From a virus, in the IMG/VR virus record IMGVR_UViG_3300023184_000029, positions 96,001 through 160,000 of that record: a stretch of DNA of 64,000 nt; one strand, written 5' to 3'. Below the pieces are notes generated by a model that was given only the letters and a program-made list of their open reading frames with translations, had not been told where the DNA came from and made no database searches. Positions 17,471-27,297 of this stretch are shown here, piece by piece. How positions within the stretch are numbered: the stretch's first letter is position 1; each line of letters begins with the position of its first letter. The position numbers were made by a program, and so were the translations under genes.

Positions 17471-17659
17471 ATGAATACTAGTGGTTTTTATAAAATCGAT
17501 ACAGAAAGTCTAGAGATATTGTATGCTCCAAATGCGGTTTATGGCCCAGGATTTACACTACTCAAAGAAAAATATAATGAATATAATTATCCAATTGATG
17601 GATGGACTTGGTTTGATAGCGAAGACGAAGCAAAAATTGCTAACAATACTATAACTTGA
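17471..17659 (+). CDS. Small fibre chaperone-like protein
   Basis: 62 aa, GFYK...LYAPN.V...YPIDGWTWF, follows the repeat protein. Confidence 0.55.
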   Translation: MNTSGFYKIDTESLEILYAPNAVYGPGFTLLKEKYNEYNYPIDGWTWFDSEDEAKIANNTIT

Positions 17660-17710
17660 CAAACTTATCAATATGAATATTATTAATCCATAATTTAAAA
17701 GAGTAACATT

Positions 17711-18031
17711 ATGCCATTTAGTTTTCCAAGTAGTCCAACAATCGGCCAACAAAGCACACAGAATGGACGATCATATACATGGTCCGGATCTGTGTGGGAA
17801 TTAACATCTAACGCCACCACCATTCCCGTAGTGGTAAATCAAATACTTAGTTATACAACAGTAGCAAATTTTCCATCATTAGGATCCTCAAGTTCTTATT
17901 ATATAGCAACTGATACTAGTCGATTATACCAGTGGACAGGTTCATTATATGTAGAAGTGGGGCCACCCATGACAGGTTTTACTAATGCTCAAGCAGCAAT
18001 TAATTTATTTTTATGGAGTAACTTTAGATAA
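17711..18031 (+). CDS. Appendage anchor protein (FPSSP...TW.G..W module)
   Basis: Shares its N-terminus with 19316..20284 and an internal module with 14738..15496. Confidence 0.7.
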   Translation: MPFSFPSSPTIGQQSTQNGRSYTWSGSVWELTSNATTIPVVVNQILSYTTVANFPSLGSSSSYYIATDTSRLYQWTGSLYVEVGPPMTGFTNAQAAINLFLWSNFR

Positions 18032-18043
18032 AGGGAGAATATT

Positions 18044-18427
18044 ATGGCAGTTAGTCCAAGTTTCGCAGCAGTACCAAGAATAGGGGCTGTTAGCATAGCA
18101 ACAGCAGAAGCATCCTATACATCTCCAACCAATTTTGGAACAGTTATTACTGGTGCTTCTACAGGAACCCGAATAGCAGAAATTGTTGTAAAAAATGCAG
18201 CTACCAGTGCTGCTGCTATTGTACGAATATTTTTACATGACGGTAGTACATACTGGTTATTTGATGAAGTTACTATAGCCGCAGCAACAGGATCATCCAC
18301 TGTTCAGCAAACTAGAGTCAGCACAACATATACCAATTTGATTCTACCATCCGCTTCATGGAGTGTTAGAGTTACTACAAGTGTTAGTCAAACAACTCAC
18401 GTTACAGCATTGGGGGCAGATTTATAA
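18044..18427 (+). CDS. Small beta-rich virion protein
   Basis: 127 aa, GGGAG RBS. Confidence 0.65.
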   Translation: MAVSPSFAAVPRIGAVSIATAEASYTSPTNFGTVITGASTGTRIAEIVVKNAATSAAAIVRIFLHDGSTYWLFDEVTIAAATGSSTVQQTRVSTTYTNLILPSASWSVRVTTSVSQTTHVTALGADL

Positions 18428-19302
18428 TGAATAACGGTATCTACGGCTTCGGTTCGCTAATCACCAGTGCAATGCCCTACGCGAGTAGTCCAGTGTCGGC
18501 GGCTACCACGGTGCCTGTTACGGCTCTGGTGGTTGGCGGCGGCGGCGGTGGGAATGCCACATTCAATGGTTCGGGGGGTGGCGGTGGCGGGGGCGGATAC
18601 GTTTCAGCGAATCTTTTACTGCCAACAAACACATCGTTCACTGCCGATATCGGCGCAGGGGGCGCGGCCAGTAGCGTGATTGCAACAGCTACTCGTTTTG
18701 GGCCAATCGCCGCTGTTGGTGGTGGGGGTGGAACAGTACAAAACACCGTCAACGGGCGCGGCGGCAGCGGTGGCGGCGGAACTAATAATGCGACGACCGG
18801 AGGCGCGATTATCGTAACAGGGCAGGGCAATTCCGGCGGCAACGGGAACGCAACCGGCGGCGGTGGCGGCGGTGGTGCTGGGGCGGCGGGGAGTGCCGGA
18901 GCAGCAAACACTGGAGGTGCGGGCGGCAGCGGGGCTGCAAACACCATCACCGGTTCATCGGCCACCTACGCTGGCGGCGGCGGTGGTGGAACTAATACTG
19001 TTCCGGGGAGCGGAGGCGTTGGGGGTGCTGGCGGTACTGGTGGTGGCGGCAACGGAGGAGCAAGGTCTGACGCGATAACAGTTACGGCTGGCGGTCCGAA
19101 TACAGGAGGAGGCGGGGGCAGCGGCACTTTTGTCAACGGCAACAGCCAATCGCAACCGGGCGGCAGCGGCGTGATCATATTGCGTTTCTCTTCCGCCTAT
19201 CGAATCAGCCTGTCAGCGGGGCTGACCTCAACCATCGCGCCACTCGGGAGCGAAACTGTCGTGACGATCACGGCCGGAACGGGAACAGTTTCATTTAGTT
19301 AG
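18427..19302 (+). CDS. Glycine-rich domain protein
   Basis: ALVVGGGGGG...AVGGG...YAGGGGG...NTGGGGG...GGSGVIILR family pattern. Confidence 0.8.
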   Translation: MNNGIYGFGSLITSAMPYASSPVSAATTVPVTALVVGGGGGGNATFNGSGGGGGGGGYVSANLLLPTNTSFTADIGAGGAASSVIATATRFGPIAAVGGGGGTVQNTVNGRGGSGGGGTNNATTGGAIIVTGQGNSGGNGNATGGGGGGGAGAAGSAGAANTGGAGGSGAANTITGSSATYAGGGGGGTNTVPGSGGVGGAGGTGGGGNGGARSDAITVTAGGPNTGGGGGSGTFVNGNSQSQPGGSGVIILRFSSAYRISLSAGLTSTIAPLGSETVVTITAGTGTVSFS

Positions 19303-19315
19303 TAGGAGTTTATTT

Positions 19316-20284
19316 ATGCCATTTTCTTTTCCAAGTAGTCCAACAGTGGGTCAATTATCCAGACAGAATGGACGTATCTATCGGTGGAACGGATATTCGT
19401 GGGATTTGTTGTCTGATTCTTTTCAATCAATAAAAGCTTTATTAGTTGGTGGGGGTGGACCGGGAGGATATGGAGGAACTAATGGTGGTTCGGTAGACTT
19501 GGCGGGAGGAGGAGGTGGTGCTGGAGCTTTTGTTGAATTAACATCAGTCAATATATCACTGAACACTCCTTATACGATTTCAATCGGCGCTGGCGGGGCA
19601 ATATCTAGTTCAGTCCCGGTGAACAATGGCAATTTTTCTAGATTTGATGTTTATTATGCTATCGGGGGAGGTTGTGGCGGCGGCATTGCTACTTTGGCAA
19701 GAATTGGAAACTCGGGAGGAAGCGGAGGCGGCAGCGGTAGTTACATGGGAGCTAATACTTTCGGTAAAACTATGATTCCTCTGTACGGAAATAACGGCGG
19801 CAACGGAGCATTTACAGGTTTTTATAATGCAGCGGGCGGCGGCGGCGGAGCAAATACAGCAGGAAACAATAACGCAGGTACCGCAGGCGGTAGCGGCGGA
19901 AACGGAACAACTTCGTCCATCCCAAATACATCAGCAACGCCACCAGCGAATACTAACACCTTTTGTGGCGGCGGCGGTGGTGCCGGTGCGGCAGTTTCTG
20001 GAAGTAGCGGCTCCGGCGGAACTGGTGGCGGCGGAACGGGTGCGGTCAGCAGCCCATCAAGAGCTTCTACTGCCGGAACAGCCAATACCGGTGGAGGTGG
20101 AGGTGGAGGTTACAACGGAGCAACATTAGTTTCCTCTAATGGAGGATCTGGTATAGTAGTTTTAAGGTTTTCATCAACATTAAATTATACGGTAGGTGTT
20201 GGATTAACATACACCTCTTCCACATCTGAAAATGAAACCATTCTTGTTTTTACAGCAGGAACGGATACTATTACATTTAGTTAA
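19316..20284 (+). CDS. Glycine-rich domain protein (paralog)
   Basis: Same pattern: ALLVGGGG...ANTGGGGGG...GGSGIVVLR. Confidence 0.8.
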   Translation: MPFSFPSSPTVGQLSRQNGRIYRWNGYSWDLLSDSFQSIKALLVGGGGPGGYGGTNGGSVDLAGGGGGAGAFVELTSVNISLNTPYTISIGAGGAISSSVPVNNGNFSRFDVYYAIGGGCGGGIATLARIGNSGGSGGGSGSYMGANTFGKTMIPLYGNNGGNGAFTGFYNAAGGGGGANTAGNNNAGTAGGSGGNGTTSSIPNTSATPPANTNTFCGGGGGAGAAVSGSSGSGGTGGGGTGAVSSPSRASTAGTANTGGGGGGGYNGATLVSSNGGSGIVVLRFSSTLNYTVGVGLTYTSSTSENETILVFTAGTDTITFS

Positions 20285-20297
20285 AGGAGAAAAATTT

Positions 20298-20597
20298 ATG
20301 GCACACTATGCATTTTTAGATTCTAATAATATTGTAACCGAAGTTATTGTGGGTAGAGATGAGAATGAACTTAATATTGATTGGGAAAAATATTATGGTG
20401 ATTTTAGAGGCCAAGTTTGTAAAAGAACCAGTTATAACACTTATGCCAATACTCACAAAACTGGCGGAACTCCATATAGGGGTAATTATGCTGGAATAGG
20501 TTATTATTATGATGCTAATTTAGATGCTTTTATTCCTCCAAAACCTAGTGAAGAAGCAGTATTTGACAACAATACCTGTTCTTGGATAGTTTCTTAA
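20298..20597 (+). CDS. Fibre assembly/chaperone-like protein (true start ATG 20298)
   Basis: AAGGAG RBS; MAHYAFLDSNNIVTEVIVG...RTSYN...RGNYAGIGY.YD...DAFIPPKP, typical after Gly-rich genes. Confidence 0.7.
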   Translation: MAHYAFLDSNNIVTEVIVGRDENELNIDWEKYYGDFRGQVCKRTSYNTYANTHKTGGTPYRGNYAGIGYYYDANLDAFIPPKPSEEAVFDNNTCSWIVS

Positions 20598-20634
20598 TTA
20601 GTAACTTAAAGTACAATATACATATATACCAAAG

Positions 20635-20641
20635 GGTGTAT
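20635..20641 (+). promoter_or_regulatory. Putative late promoter GGTGTAT
   Basis: Intergenic, 47 nt before 20688. Confidence 0.55.
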
Positions 20642-20687
20642 TCTTGAATATACTCTATAATTTTTTACTTTTAAGGAATAAAATATA

Positions 20688-21224
20688 ATGTCTTGGCAAA
20701 TAGAAATCCCATTGATTACTAGAACCTTAATTAATGATTTATCAGATCAGCCACAATATAGTGACGAAAGAATAGTACAGCTCGTTACTATAGCTGCTCA
20801 ATATGTTAAGAGCGAAATTAATCTTGGTAGAACATATAATATAGATATTGTTAATCAAATTATTAGTCCTGATCCTACAAATCCTGATCCTGGTAATCCA
20901 TTAGCTAGAGACAATGATTATATCGGTTTTATTGCTTTAAAATCAGCCTGTTTATTAGATCAAAGCACACTAAGAACAAAAGCTTTGATGGAAGGAATTA
21001 GAGCAAGTTTAGGACCAGCAGTTATTAGTGTTGCAGGAAACATAAGAGCTTATCAGATTTTGCTTGAGCAAGGCCCATGCTCAACATATCAAGAACTGCG
21101 TAGTCAATATGAGTTTGGAAACGCTAACGCTATTAGGGCTATGATGAGCCCATTCGTTGGTAACAAGTTTGATCCCAGAGCTATTCAACTCAATCCTTTT
21201 AGAAGCAGAGATATTTACTCTTAG
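20688..21224 (+). CDS. Head-tail adaptor-like protein
   Basis: RTLINDL...YSDERI helical adaptor pattern; position before neck genes. Confidence 0.6.
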   Translation: MSWQIEIPLITRTLINDLSDQPQYSDERIVQLVTIAAQYVKSEINLGRTYNIDIVNQIISPDPTNPDPGNPLARDNDYIGFIALKSACLLDQSTLRTKALMEGIRASLGPAVISVAGNIRAYQILLEQGPCSTYQELRSQYEFGNANAIRAMMSPFVGNKFDPRAIQLNPFRSRDIYS

Positions 21225-21255
21225 TAAATTTTTTTAATTAATCAGAAAGTATTAT

Positions 21256-22263
21256 ATGCCAGCAGCTAATTATAATTTTTTAATCGAACAAAGTTCAGAT
21301 TTTATTATTACTTTTCAGTATACCGATGAAAACGGAGTCTCGGTAGATCTTACAGACAGTTGTGTTAAATTAAGATATCTCACTAACAACAAAATACAGG
21401 GAATATTTACAAATGGTCTGGTTGATGGTCTTAGTCCTAATCTTATCACAAATGGTTATGAACTTACCACAACTAATACTGGGCTTATTATATTAAGATT
21501 AGCTTCTACTCTTACGTCTACTTATATTTTTGATAATGCTGTTTATGATTTAGATGTACAGTTTGATATAACAGATATTAATGGAACTAGAATTAGTAAT
21601 ACTAGGGTGGCGACTGGCACAATAACAATTGTTAAAAAATATTTTCCATCTATAATAGGATGTGATATATCATCTGGTGAATTAAATATTACTCCTACCC
21701 CTACACCAGCCGGATCATCTCCTACTCCAACACCAACACCAGCTTATTCCACGGACCTGTGTTTTCCTGAGTGTATAGATTTAGACGTATATTCAGTAGT
21801 ATATACCGGATCGTCTATGAATATACCAGATAATAATATTTGTAGCGGTATTATTAGTACTTCGGATTCTAGAAGTATAGAAAATGTAGAAGTAGCAATT
21901 AATGGTTTAAGACATAATTCTCCTCAAGATCTAACATTTATTTTGGCCCCGCCCAATGGAAATAAAATTCTATTATCTTCTCATAATAAAATAGGAAACT
22001 ATAATCCTGGATTTAGTTTTATGTTTTCTAATAAAGCTACAGCAGGGAATTATTTAAATAACATATATTCTGGTGGCGTCTGTTCTATTTTGGATAAAAC
22101 CAGTAGTATTAAGTTTCAGAATAGCTCTTTAGAACCAGGATTTAATCATCTATTTGGGTCTTCAACAACAGGAAATTGGACTTTATATATAAAAGATGAT
22201 GATCCTGGAGTTTCTGGTTCTATAGATTCATGGAAGCTTATTATTACATACTTACCAGAGTAA
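21256..22263 (+). CDS. Virion protein: beta-sandwich + PT linker + proprotein-convertase P-domain
   Basis: IENVEVAIN.LRHNSPQDL..IL..PNG...GNWTLYIKD....SGSIDSWKL matches the P-domain. Confidence 0.78.
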   Translation: MPAANYNFLIEQSSDFIITFQYTDENGVSVDLTDSCVKLRYLTNNKIQGIFTNGLVDGLSPNLITNGYELTTTNTGLIILRLASTLTSTYIFDNAVYDLDVQFDITDINGTRISNTRVATGTITIVKKYFPSIIGCDISSGELNITPTPTPAGSSPTPTPTPAYSTDLCFPECIDLDVYSVVYTGSSMNIPDNNICSGIISTSDSRSIENVEVAINGLRHNSPQDLTFILAPPNGNKILLSSHNKIGNYNPGFSFMFSNKATAGNYLNNIYSGGVCSILDKTSSIKFQNSSLEPGFNHLFGSSTTGNWTLYIKDDDPGVSGSIDSWKLIITYLPE

Positions 22264-22266
22264 AAC

Positions 22267-22467
22267 ATGAATATTATTCAAATACTAAATAGATCTTATA
22301 TATTATCGGCATCTACATATTATTTGAGTATTGATAGTATTAATACTGATACTAATACTATTAGAATAAAAAAGAATATAGGTTCAGGATCTGTTAATTT
22401 ACTTATTGATAATAAAATATCTATACAAAAAGAACAGCCTATTATACTATTAATTCAAGAGAGATAA
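22267..22467 (+). CDS. Hypothetical protein
   Basis: 66 aa, tightly packed between neighbours. Confidence 0.5.
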   Translation: MNIIQILNRSYILSASTYYLSIDSINTDTNTIRIKKNIGSGSVNLLIDNKISIQKEQPIILLIQER

Positions 22468-22469
22468 TA

Positions 22470-22997
22470 ATGAATCCATTTTCTGACACCATATCTCAAC
22501 ATCTTAAAAATACGTTTAATCAGGCCATAGACAGCTTACTGCAACAAGGGGCATTGACCATACCGTGTAAACTAGTTTATAGCAATACTACTAATAATAA
22601 TTTATGCAATAATTGTTTTTATGATAATATTTCTAAATTATCTTCTAATTTATATAATAATACCGGCCCACAACCTTTTCCAGATAATACTATTTGTCCA
22701 ATATGTTTAGGAGCAGGATTATTTCAGAATGATTTTACAGAAATAGTGCATATGGCTGTAATTTTTGATAGTAAATATTTTATGAATTGGTCATCTAAAT
22801 CCGTACAGATAAGTAGTGGTCTAGTTCAAACTATTTGTAATATTAATTTAATGTCTAAAATTTTAGATGCTAATGAAATTATTTTTGATAATTCAAATAA
22901 TAATATAAATTATGTTTCTTGTCAAAGAGCAGGACATCCAGAGCCTTGTGGTTTTGGAGATAATAGATATATTATAACAATGTGGAAAAATAAATGA
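22470..22997 (+). CDS. Neck/head-closure-like protein with CxxC...CxxC
   Basis: CNNC and CPIC; position in the neck block. Confidence 0.55.
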   Translation: MNPFSDTISQHLKNTFNQAIDSLLQQGALTIPCKLVYSNTTNNNLCNNCFYDNISKLSSNLYNNTGPQPFPDNTICPICLGAGLFQNDFTEIVHMAVIFDSKYFMNWSSKSVQISSGLVQTICNINLMSKILDANEIIFDNSNNNINYVSCQRAGHPEPCGFGDNRYIITMWKNK

Positions 22998-23638
22998 ATA
23001 TCACTGTTAGTCTCTTAGAAAGCAGTGCTGATATTAAAGATCAGATACTAGTAGCTATAAAAAATCATATAGAATCTAAACTACCCAAAGCTTCTAAAGC
23101 GGCTACAGATAAAATCCATCCATTAATTATAAAAGGATTAAAAGAAGAACCAGAATATCAGTCTTTAGTTGGCGGAGATCTAAGATTAGGGATGGGAATA
23201 GCAGATAGCTCTAAAGTAGATGATATTATTGAAAAATTAGCTTCTACTATTAGTATAGAAAATAAACCAATCACAATTGGCTCAAATGGATTGTTGGGTG
23301 GATTTGTGATCACAGCTATACATTCAGAAAATTTTAATGGCTTGTTAACAGACGACAGCGCTGTGGTTGTTGATACAGAAAAGGGTTACTCTTTACCGTG
23401 GCTTGATTGGTTATTGTTGCAAGGAAATAAAACCATTATTACTGACTATACTATGAAGGTTGGTCCTAATCCAAATTCTAGAACAGGCATGGCTATTATG
23501 GTTGAGTCTGATAGAAATTGGAGAGTGCCTCCCTCTTTTGCTGGTACAAAAACTAATAACTGGACAACCAGAGCAATACAACGAATTCAAAAAGAAGTAG
23601 AGAATATTATACTTAAGGAAGTTGAAAAAATTATATGA
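22994..23638 (+). CDS. Neck/tail-completion-like protein
   Basis: Position and coupled overlaps only. Confidence 0.45.
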   Translation: MNITVSLLESSADIKDQILVAIKNHIESKLPKASKAATDKIHPLIIKGLKEEPEYQSLVGGDLRLGMGIADSSKVDDIIEKLASTISIENKPITIGSNGLLGGFVITAIHSENFNGLLTDDSAVVVDTEKGYSLPWLDWLLLQGNKTIITDYTMKVGPNPNSRTGMAIMVESDRNWRVPPSFAGTKTNNWTTRAIQRIQKEVENIILKEVEKII

Positions 23639-24579
23639 GTACTTTTGATTTTGTAGAAGATATTGGTTCTAGAGGACCAACAGCTAATTTAGAAGATAAT
23701 CTTAAAAGTTTTCTGGACTGGTCTTTTCTGAATATTGGAGGATTTATAAATATCAATATTCCACCAAGCGGATCCCCCGCCACCCAGCAAAGCCTGCATA
23801 AACTAATACCATCTACTGAAACTGGATACTCTCCTGGTCGAGTATGGGAAACAGCAAGAAAAGATTGGGTTTATGAAACTGGTGTTGTTCATAATAATAT
23901 TTCCCCGATTCCTATCTCTGGTATTTATGTTAATAAAACATTTTTACCGGCCCCCACAGGAAATAGCCAATATTCATATACTTTAGACTATCCTCTTGGT
24001 AGAATTATTTTTAATAACAATATTAATACTAATAGTCAAATTGAGTTAAATTATTCTTCTAGATATATACAAGTATATAAATCTAACGAATCTGTTTGGT
24101 GGAAGACTCTAGAGAATATATTTTATAATCCATCTGATTCTAAAGCCAATAATATAAAAGATATAACATCTGTTCATAGAATAGAAATGCCTGCTATAAT
24201 GATAGAATCTACCCCTAGAGTAGTACTTACTCCTCATGAGCTTGGCACAAGGGCTAATATTATTACTCAGGATGTATTATTACATATTTTTACAAATAAT
24301 CCTGTACAAAGAGATAATATTATTAGTATTTTATTATTACAAAAAGATAAGTCTTTAAGACTATATGATATTAATAAGGTGGTCAAAGCAAAAGTTAATC
24401 CGGTGGATAACCTGGGACAACCCAATCCTAATAGATTAAATTATGATCAACTTATAAATGATATATTATATAGAGCTAATTATTTTAATATTAGAAATAT
24501 TTCTATTTCTGAGCTAAATACTATAACCTCTAGTTTATATAATGGTATCTTAAGACTGAGTTTGGAAATTTTTCCATGA
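23635..24579 (+). CDS. Tail terminator-like protein
   Basis: MPAIMIES...QDVLLHIF...RDNI pattern directly before the tube gene. Confidence 0.5.
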   Translation: MSTFDFVEDIGSRGPTANLEDNLKSFLDWSFLNIGGFININIPPSGSPATQQSLHKLIPSTETGYSPGRVWETARKDWVYETGVVHNNISPIPISGIYVNKTFLPAPTGNSQYSYTLDYPLGRIIFNNNINTNSQIELNYSSRYIQVYKSNESVWWKTLENIFYNPSDSKANNIKDITSVHRIEMPAIMIESTPRVVLTPHELGTRANIITQDVLLHIFTNNPVQRDNIISILLLQKDKSLRLYDINKVVKAKVNPVDNLGQPNPNRLNYDQLINDILYRANYFNIRNISISELNTITSSLYNGILRLSLEIFP

Positions 24580-24591
24580 TTCCGTATATAT

Positions 24592-24598
24592 GGTGTAA
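24592..24598 (+). promoter_or_regulatory. Putative late promoter GGTGTAA
   Basis: Intergenic, before the tail tube gene. Confidence 0.5.
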
Positions 24599-24675
24599 CT
24601 AGTATTAGTCTACAATATGATTGATCAAGACTCTTAAAATTTCTTTAAAAAAATCAATGTCTAGGAGAAATTAAT

Positions 24676-25743
24676 ATGCCAGCCACAGCCAATAACAGAA
24701 TTTTTTACGCCACACAAGCTATTCAATTACAGCCTCAAGACAGAGACGGCACAAAATGGCAAGGCGGAAGCGATTGGATTACTCCACTAGGTATCCAAAG
24801 CGCTGGTATGACAACAAACTTTAATTTAGAGCAAGTTTTTACACTAGGTCAACTAGAACTATATGATAACATTGAGAATGTTCCTGAAGTTCAGGTAACA
24901 TTAAATAAAGTATTAGATGGCACAATGCCACTATATCTAATTTGCATGGGTGGATCTGCTCTTGATGCTAGTGGTAAAAATATTGTAGAATTAGCTAATA
25001 ATAGAGTTAATTTTAGACTTGGTATATGGCCCGATAATCAGGGCGCTGCTAGCGGCACTGTTCAGAATTATGTTGATTGCAGTGGTATGTATCTATCTAA
25101 CTTTAGTTATACTATTCCTGTCGAAGGTAACTCCACAGAAGATGTTACACTAGTAGGAAATAATAAATTGTGGAATGCTAATACAGCCATGGCAGCTACT
25201 CAGTTTGATACAGAAAAGAGTTCTGTACAAACTATCAGAAGATACAATATGAATTATAGTGGCTCAACACTACCAACAGGAGTAGCAGGTATTCCTGTTC
25301 CATCTGGCAGAACCAAACCATATCTACAGAGCGTTAAGATTAGCGCAGACCTTGGTCGTGAAGCTATTTATGAACTAGGTTCCATGGCTCCTTATTATCG
25401 TTATGTTAAGTTCCCTCTTGAAGTAACATCAGAATTCGAAATTATTGCTAATGACGGAGATCAAATGGACGCTAGCGACTTTTCAAGTTTAACTGGCTGT
25501 GGTAATGTTTACAAAAATGTTCAAGACAAAACTGTAGTTGTACAGGTTTGTGGTGGTGAATCTGGAGATAATTTAACACTAGATCTTGGGGCCAAGAACA
25601 AGCTAACTAGTGTTAACTATAGTGGTGGCGATACTGGCGGAGCTAATGCTACTATTACTTATAGTTTCCAGACATTTAACCACTTCGTAATGACTGGCGC
25701 TGGCTCATTTAACAATGTAAATCTTGTATGGCCAGAGAATTGA
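24676..25743 (+). CDS. Major tail (tube) protein
   Basis: GIQSAGMTTNFNLEQVFTLGQLELY, strong AGGAG RBS, position before chaperones and TMP. Confidence 0.75.
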   Translation: MPATANNRIFYATQAIQLQPQDRDGTKWQGGSDWITPLGIQSAGMTTNFNLEQVFTLGQLELYDNIENVPEVQVTLNKVLDGTMPLYLICMGGSALDASGKNIVELANNRVNFRLGIWPDNQGAASGTVQNYVDCSGMYLSNFSYTIPVEGNSTEDVTLVGNNKLWNANTAMAATQFDTEKSSVQTIRRYNMNYSGSTLPTGVAGIPVPSGRTKPYLQSVKISADLGREAIYELGSMAPYYRYVKFPLEVTSEFEIIANDGDQMDASDFSSLTGCGNVYKNVQDKTVVVQVCGGESGDNLTLDLGAKNKLTSVNYSGGDTGGANATITYSFQTFNHFVMTGAGSFNNVNLVWPEN

Positions 25744-25784
25744 TAGTTATTAGATAAGTAGATACATAATATAGGAACAAAAGG

Positions 25785-25928
25785 ATGGATGATTTATTTA
25801 TAGTAATAGGTAAATTATATACTGATTTATCTAATAGTCAAAAATATATAGAGATGCTACAACAGCAGCTCAGGGACAAAAATCAGGAAATTCTGGAGCT
25901 TAAGAAGCCCAAAGTAAAAGATGAATGA
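25785..25928 (+). CDS. 47-aa coiled-coil protein (below cutoff)
   Basis: MDDLFIVIGKLYTDL...QQQLRDKNQEILELKK; stop overlaps the next ATG. Confidence 0.55.
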   Translation: MDDLFIVIGKLYTDLSNSQKYIEMLQQQLRDKNQEILELKKPKVKDE

Positions 25929-26961
25929 TCAAGATGTGGAGCTTTATCTTAACAGGATTTTTACAGGAATTCTATATTTTTATTTTAAGAATGAACAATA
26001 TGAATTAAGATCGGCTCCTAATCATATCAAATATCAAGGAAGTTTAATATATAATAATATTATCAATGAAGAAAAATACAACGAATGGATAAGAGAAGAA
26101 AATTTAATTCCCGTAATGATAAACCTAGGATTGTGGCAAAAGGATACTGATAAGCTAATAACTAAATTAGAAAAAAAAATAGAAGACTCTAAAGTGGAAC
26201 TATATAAGAATTCAACACAAAAAGATAATCTTAAGAAAATTAGGAAAAATCTGACAGAAACCAGAGAAAGTATGAATAATATTCTATCAAAAAAGAATGA
26301 ATTTATGAATCATACTTTAGAAGGATATGCAATGGCTATAAAGAACGAATATATTATATGTAATACTATATTCAAAAATAATAAAAAAGTTTTTGATAGT
26401 ACTAATAGAAATACTTCATCTTATACAGACTTTAATGATATAGTTAATGAAATAAATCATAATACTATTAATATGGATCAACTTAAATTTTTGGCTCGCA
26501 GTTCTATGTGGAGATCTTACTGGAATGCTAATAAAAATAATGTTTTTAGTACTCAGGTTATAGATTGGACAGATGACCAAAGAAATTTAGTTAATATTAC
26601 AAAAATGTATGATAATATATATGAAAATGAACATTGTCCCCCAGATTCTATTATTAATGACGATGATATGCTTGATGGTTGGATGATTCTGCAAAGAAGA
26701 AAAAGAGAAAAAGAGAAGACTCAGCAAAGCATAGATGAGCTTAATCCTAATCTTAAAAACGCTAATGAGGTTTTCTTATTTGCTAATAATAATGAGTCTT
26801 ATGAAGAAATTACTTCTTTGAATAGCGCTGAAGCTAGTGCTAGACTTAAGGAAAAGATGAATTATATTAAAACAGCGGGAACCGTAGATGATAGCAAACT
26901 CCCAGACGTACAAAGAGAACTATTACAACAACGAAATGATATGCTTAAAAATAGGAAATAA
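25921..26961 (+). CDS. Tail assembly chaperone-like protein
   Basis: Helical protein between tube and TMP genes. Confidence 0.5.
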   Translation: MNDQDVELYLNRIFTGILYFYFKNEQYELRSAPNHIKYQGSLIYNNIINEEKYNEWIREENLIPVMINLGLWQKDTDKLITKLEKKIEDSKVELYKNSTQKDNLKKIRKNLTETRESMNNILSKKNEFMNHTLEGYAMAIKNEYIICNTIFKNNKKVFDSTNRNTSSYTDFNDIVNEINHNTINMDQLKFLARSSMWRSYWNANKNNVFSTQVIDWTDDQRNLVNITKMYDNIYENEHCPPDSIINDDDMLDGWMILQRRKREKEKTQQSIDELNPNLKNANEVFLFANNNESYEEITSLNSAEASARLKEKMNYIKTAGTVDDSKLPDVQRELLQQRNDMLKNRK

Positions 26962-26964
26962 ATT

Positions 26965-27297
26965 ATGAATAATATAGAAAGATTATTATCTAATATTGAG
27001 ACTAGAATTAAAACTACTATGATAGGTTCATTAGCTAGATTTGAAGAATCTTTTGATCACTTATGGGAAGAAGATACTGAAAAAGCTGCTATGTATTATA
27101 ACTTATGGGAACAAACCAGAAATAATATTTTAAATAATGGCAATAATCAATTAAGAGCAGCCATTGATGAATTATCAGATTATCTTTATAATAATGTGAG
27201 GGTTCCTAACAATAAGCCTAAATTTGAAAATAAGTATCATTATAAGTTGTTTTTTAATAATCCGGACCATAAAAATAATAAAGGAGACAGAGAATGA
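26965..27297 (+). CDS. Hypothetical protein (tail chaperone region)
   Basis: 110 aa, coupled to neighbours. Confidence 0.55.
   Translation: MNNIERLLSNIETRIKTTMIGSLARFEESFDHLWEEDTEKAAMYYNLWEQTRNNILNNGNNQLRAAIDELSDYLYNNVRVPNNKPKFENKYHYKLFFNNPDHKNNKGDRE

Noticed and set aside
18467-20129. Pro-rich minus-strand and alternate-frame ORFs
   Set aside because: Shadows of GGC/GGT-rich glycine codons; no RBS or independent features. The same applies to the many short antisense ORFs inside long genes.
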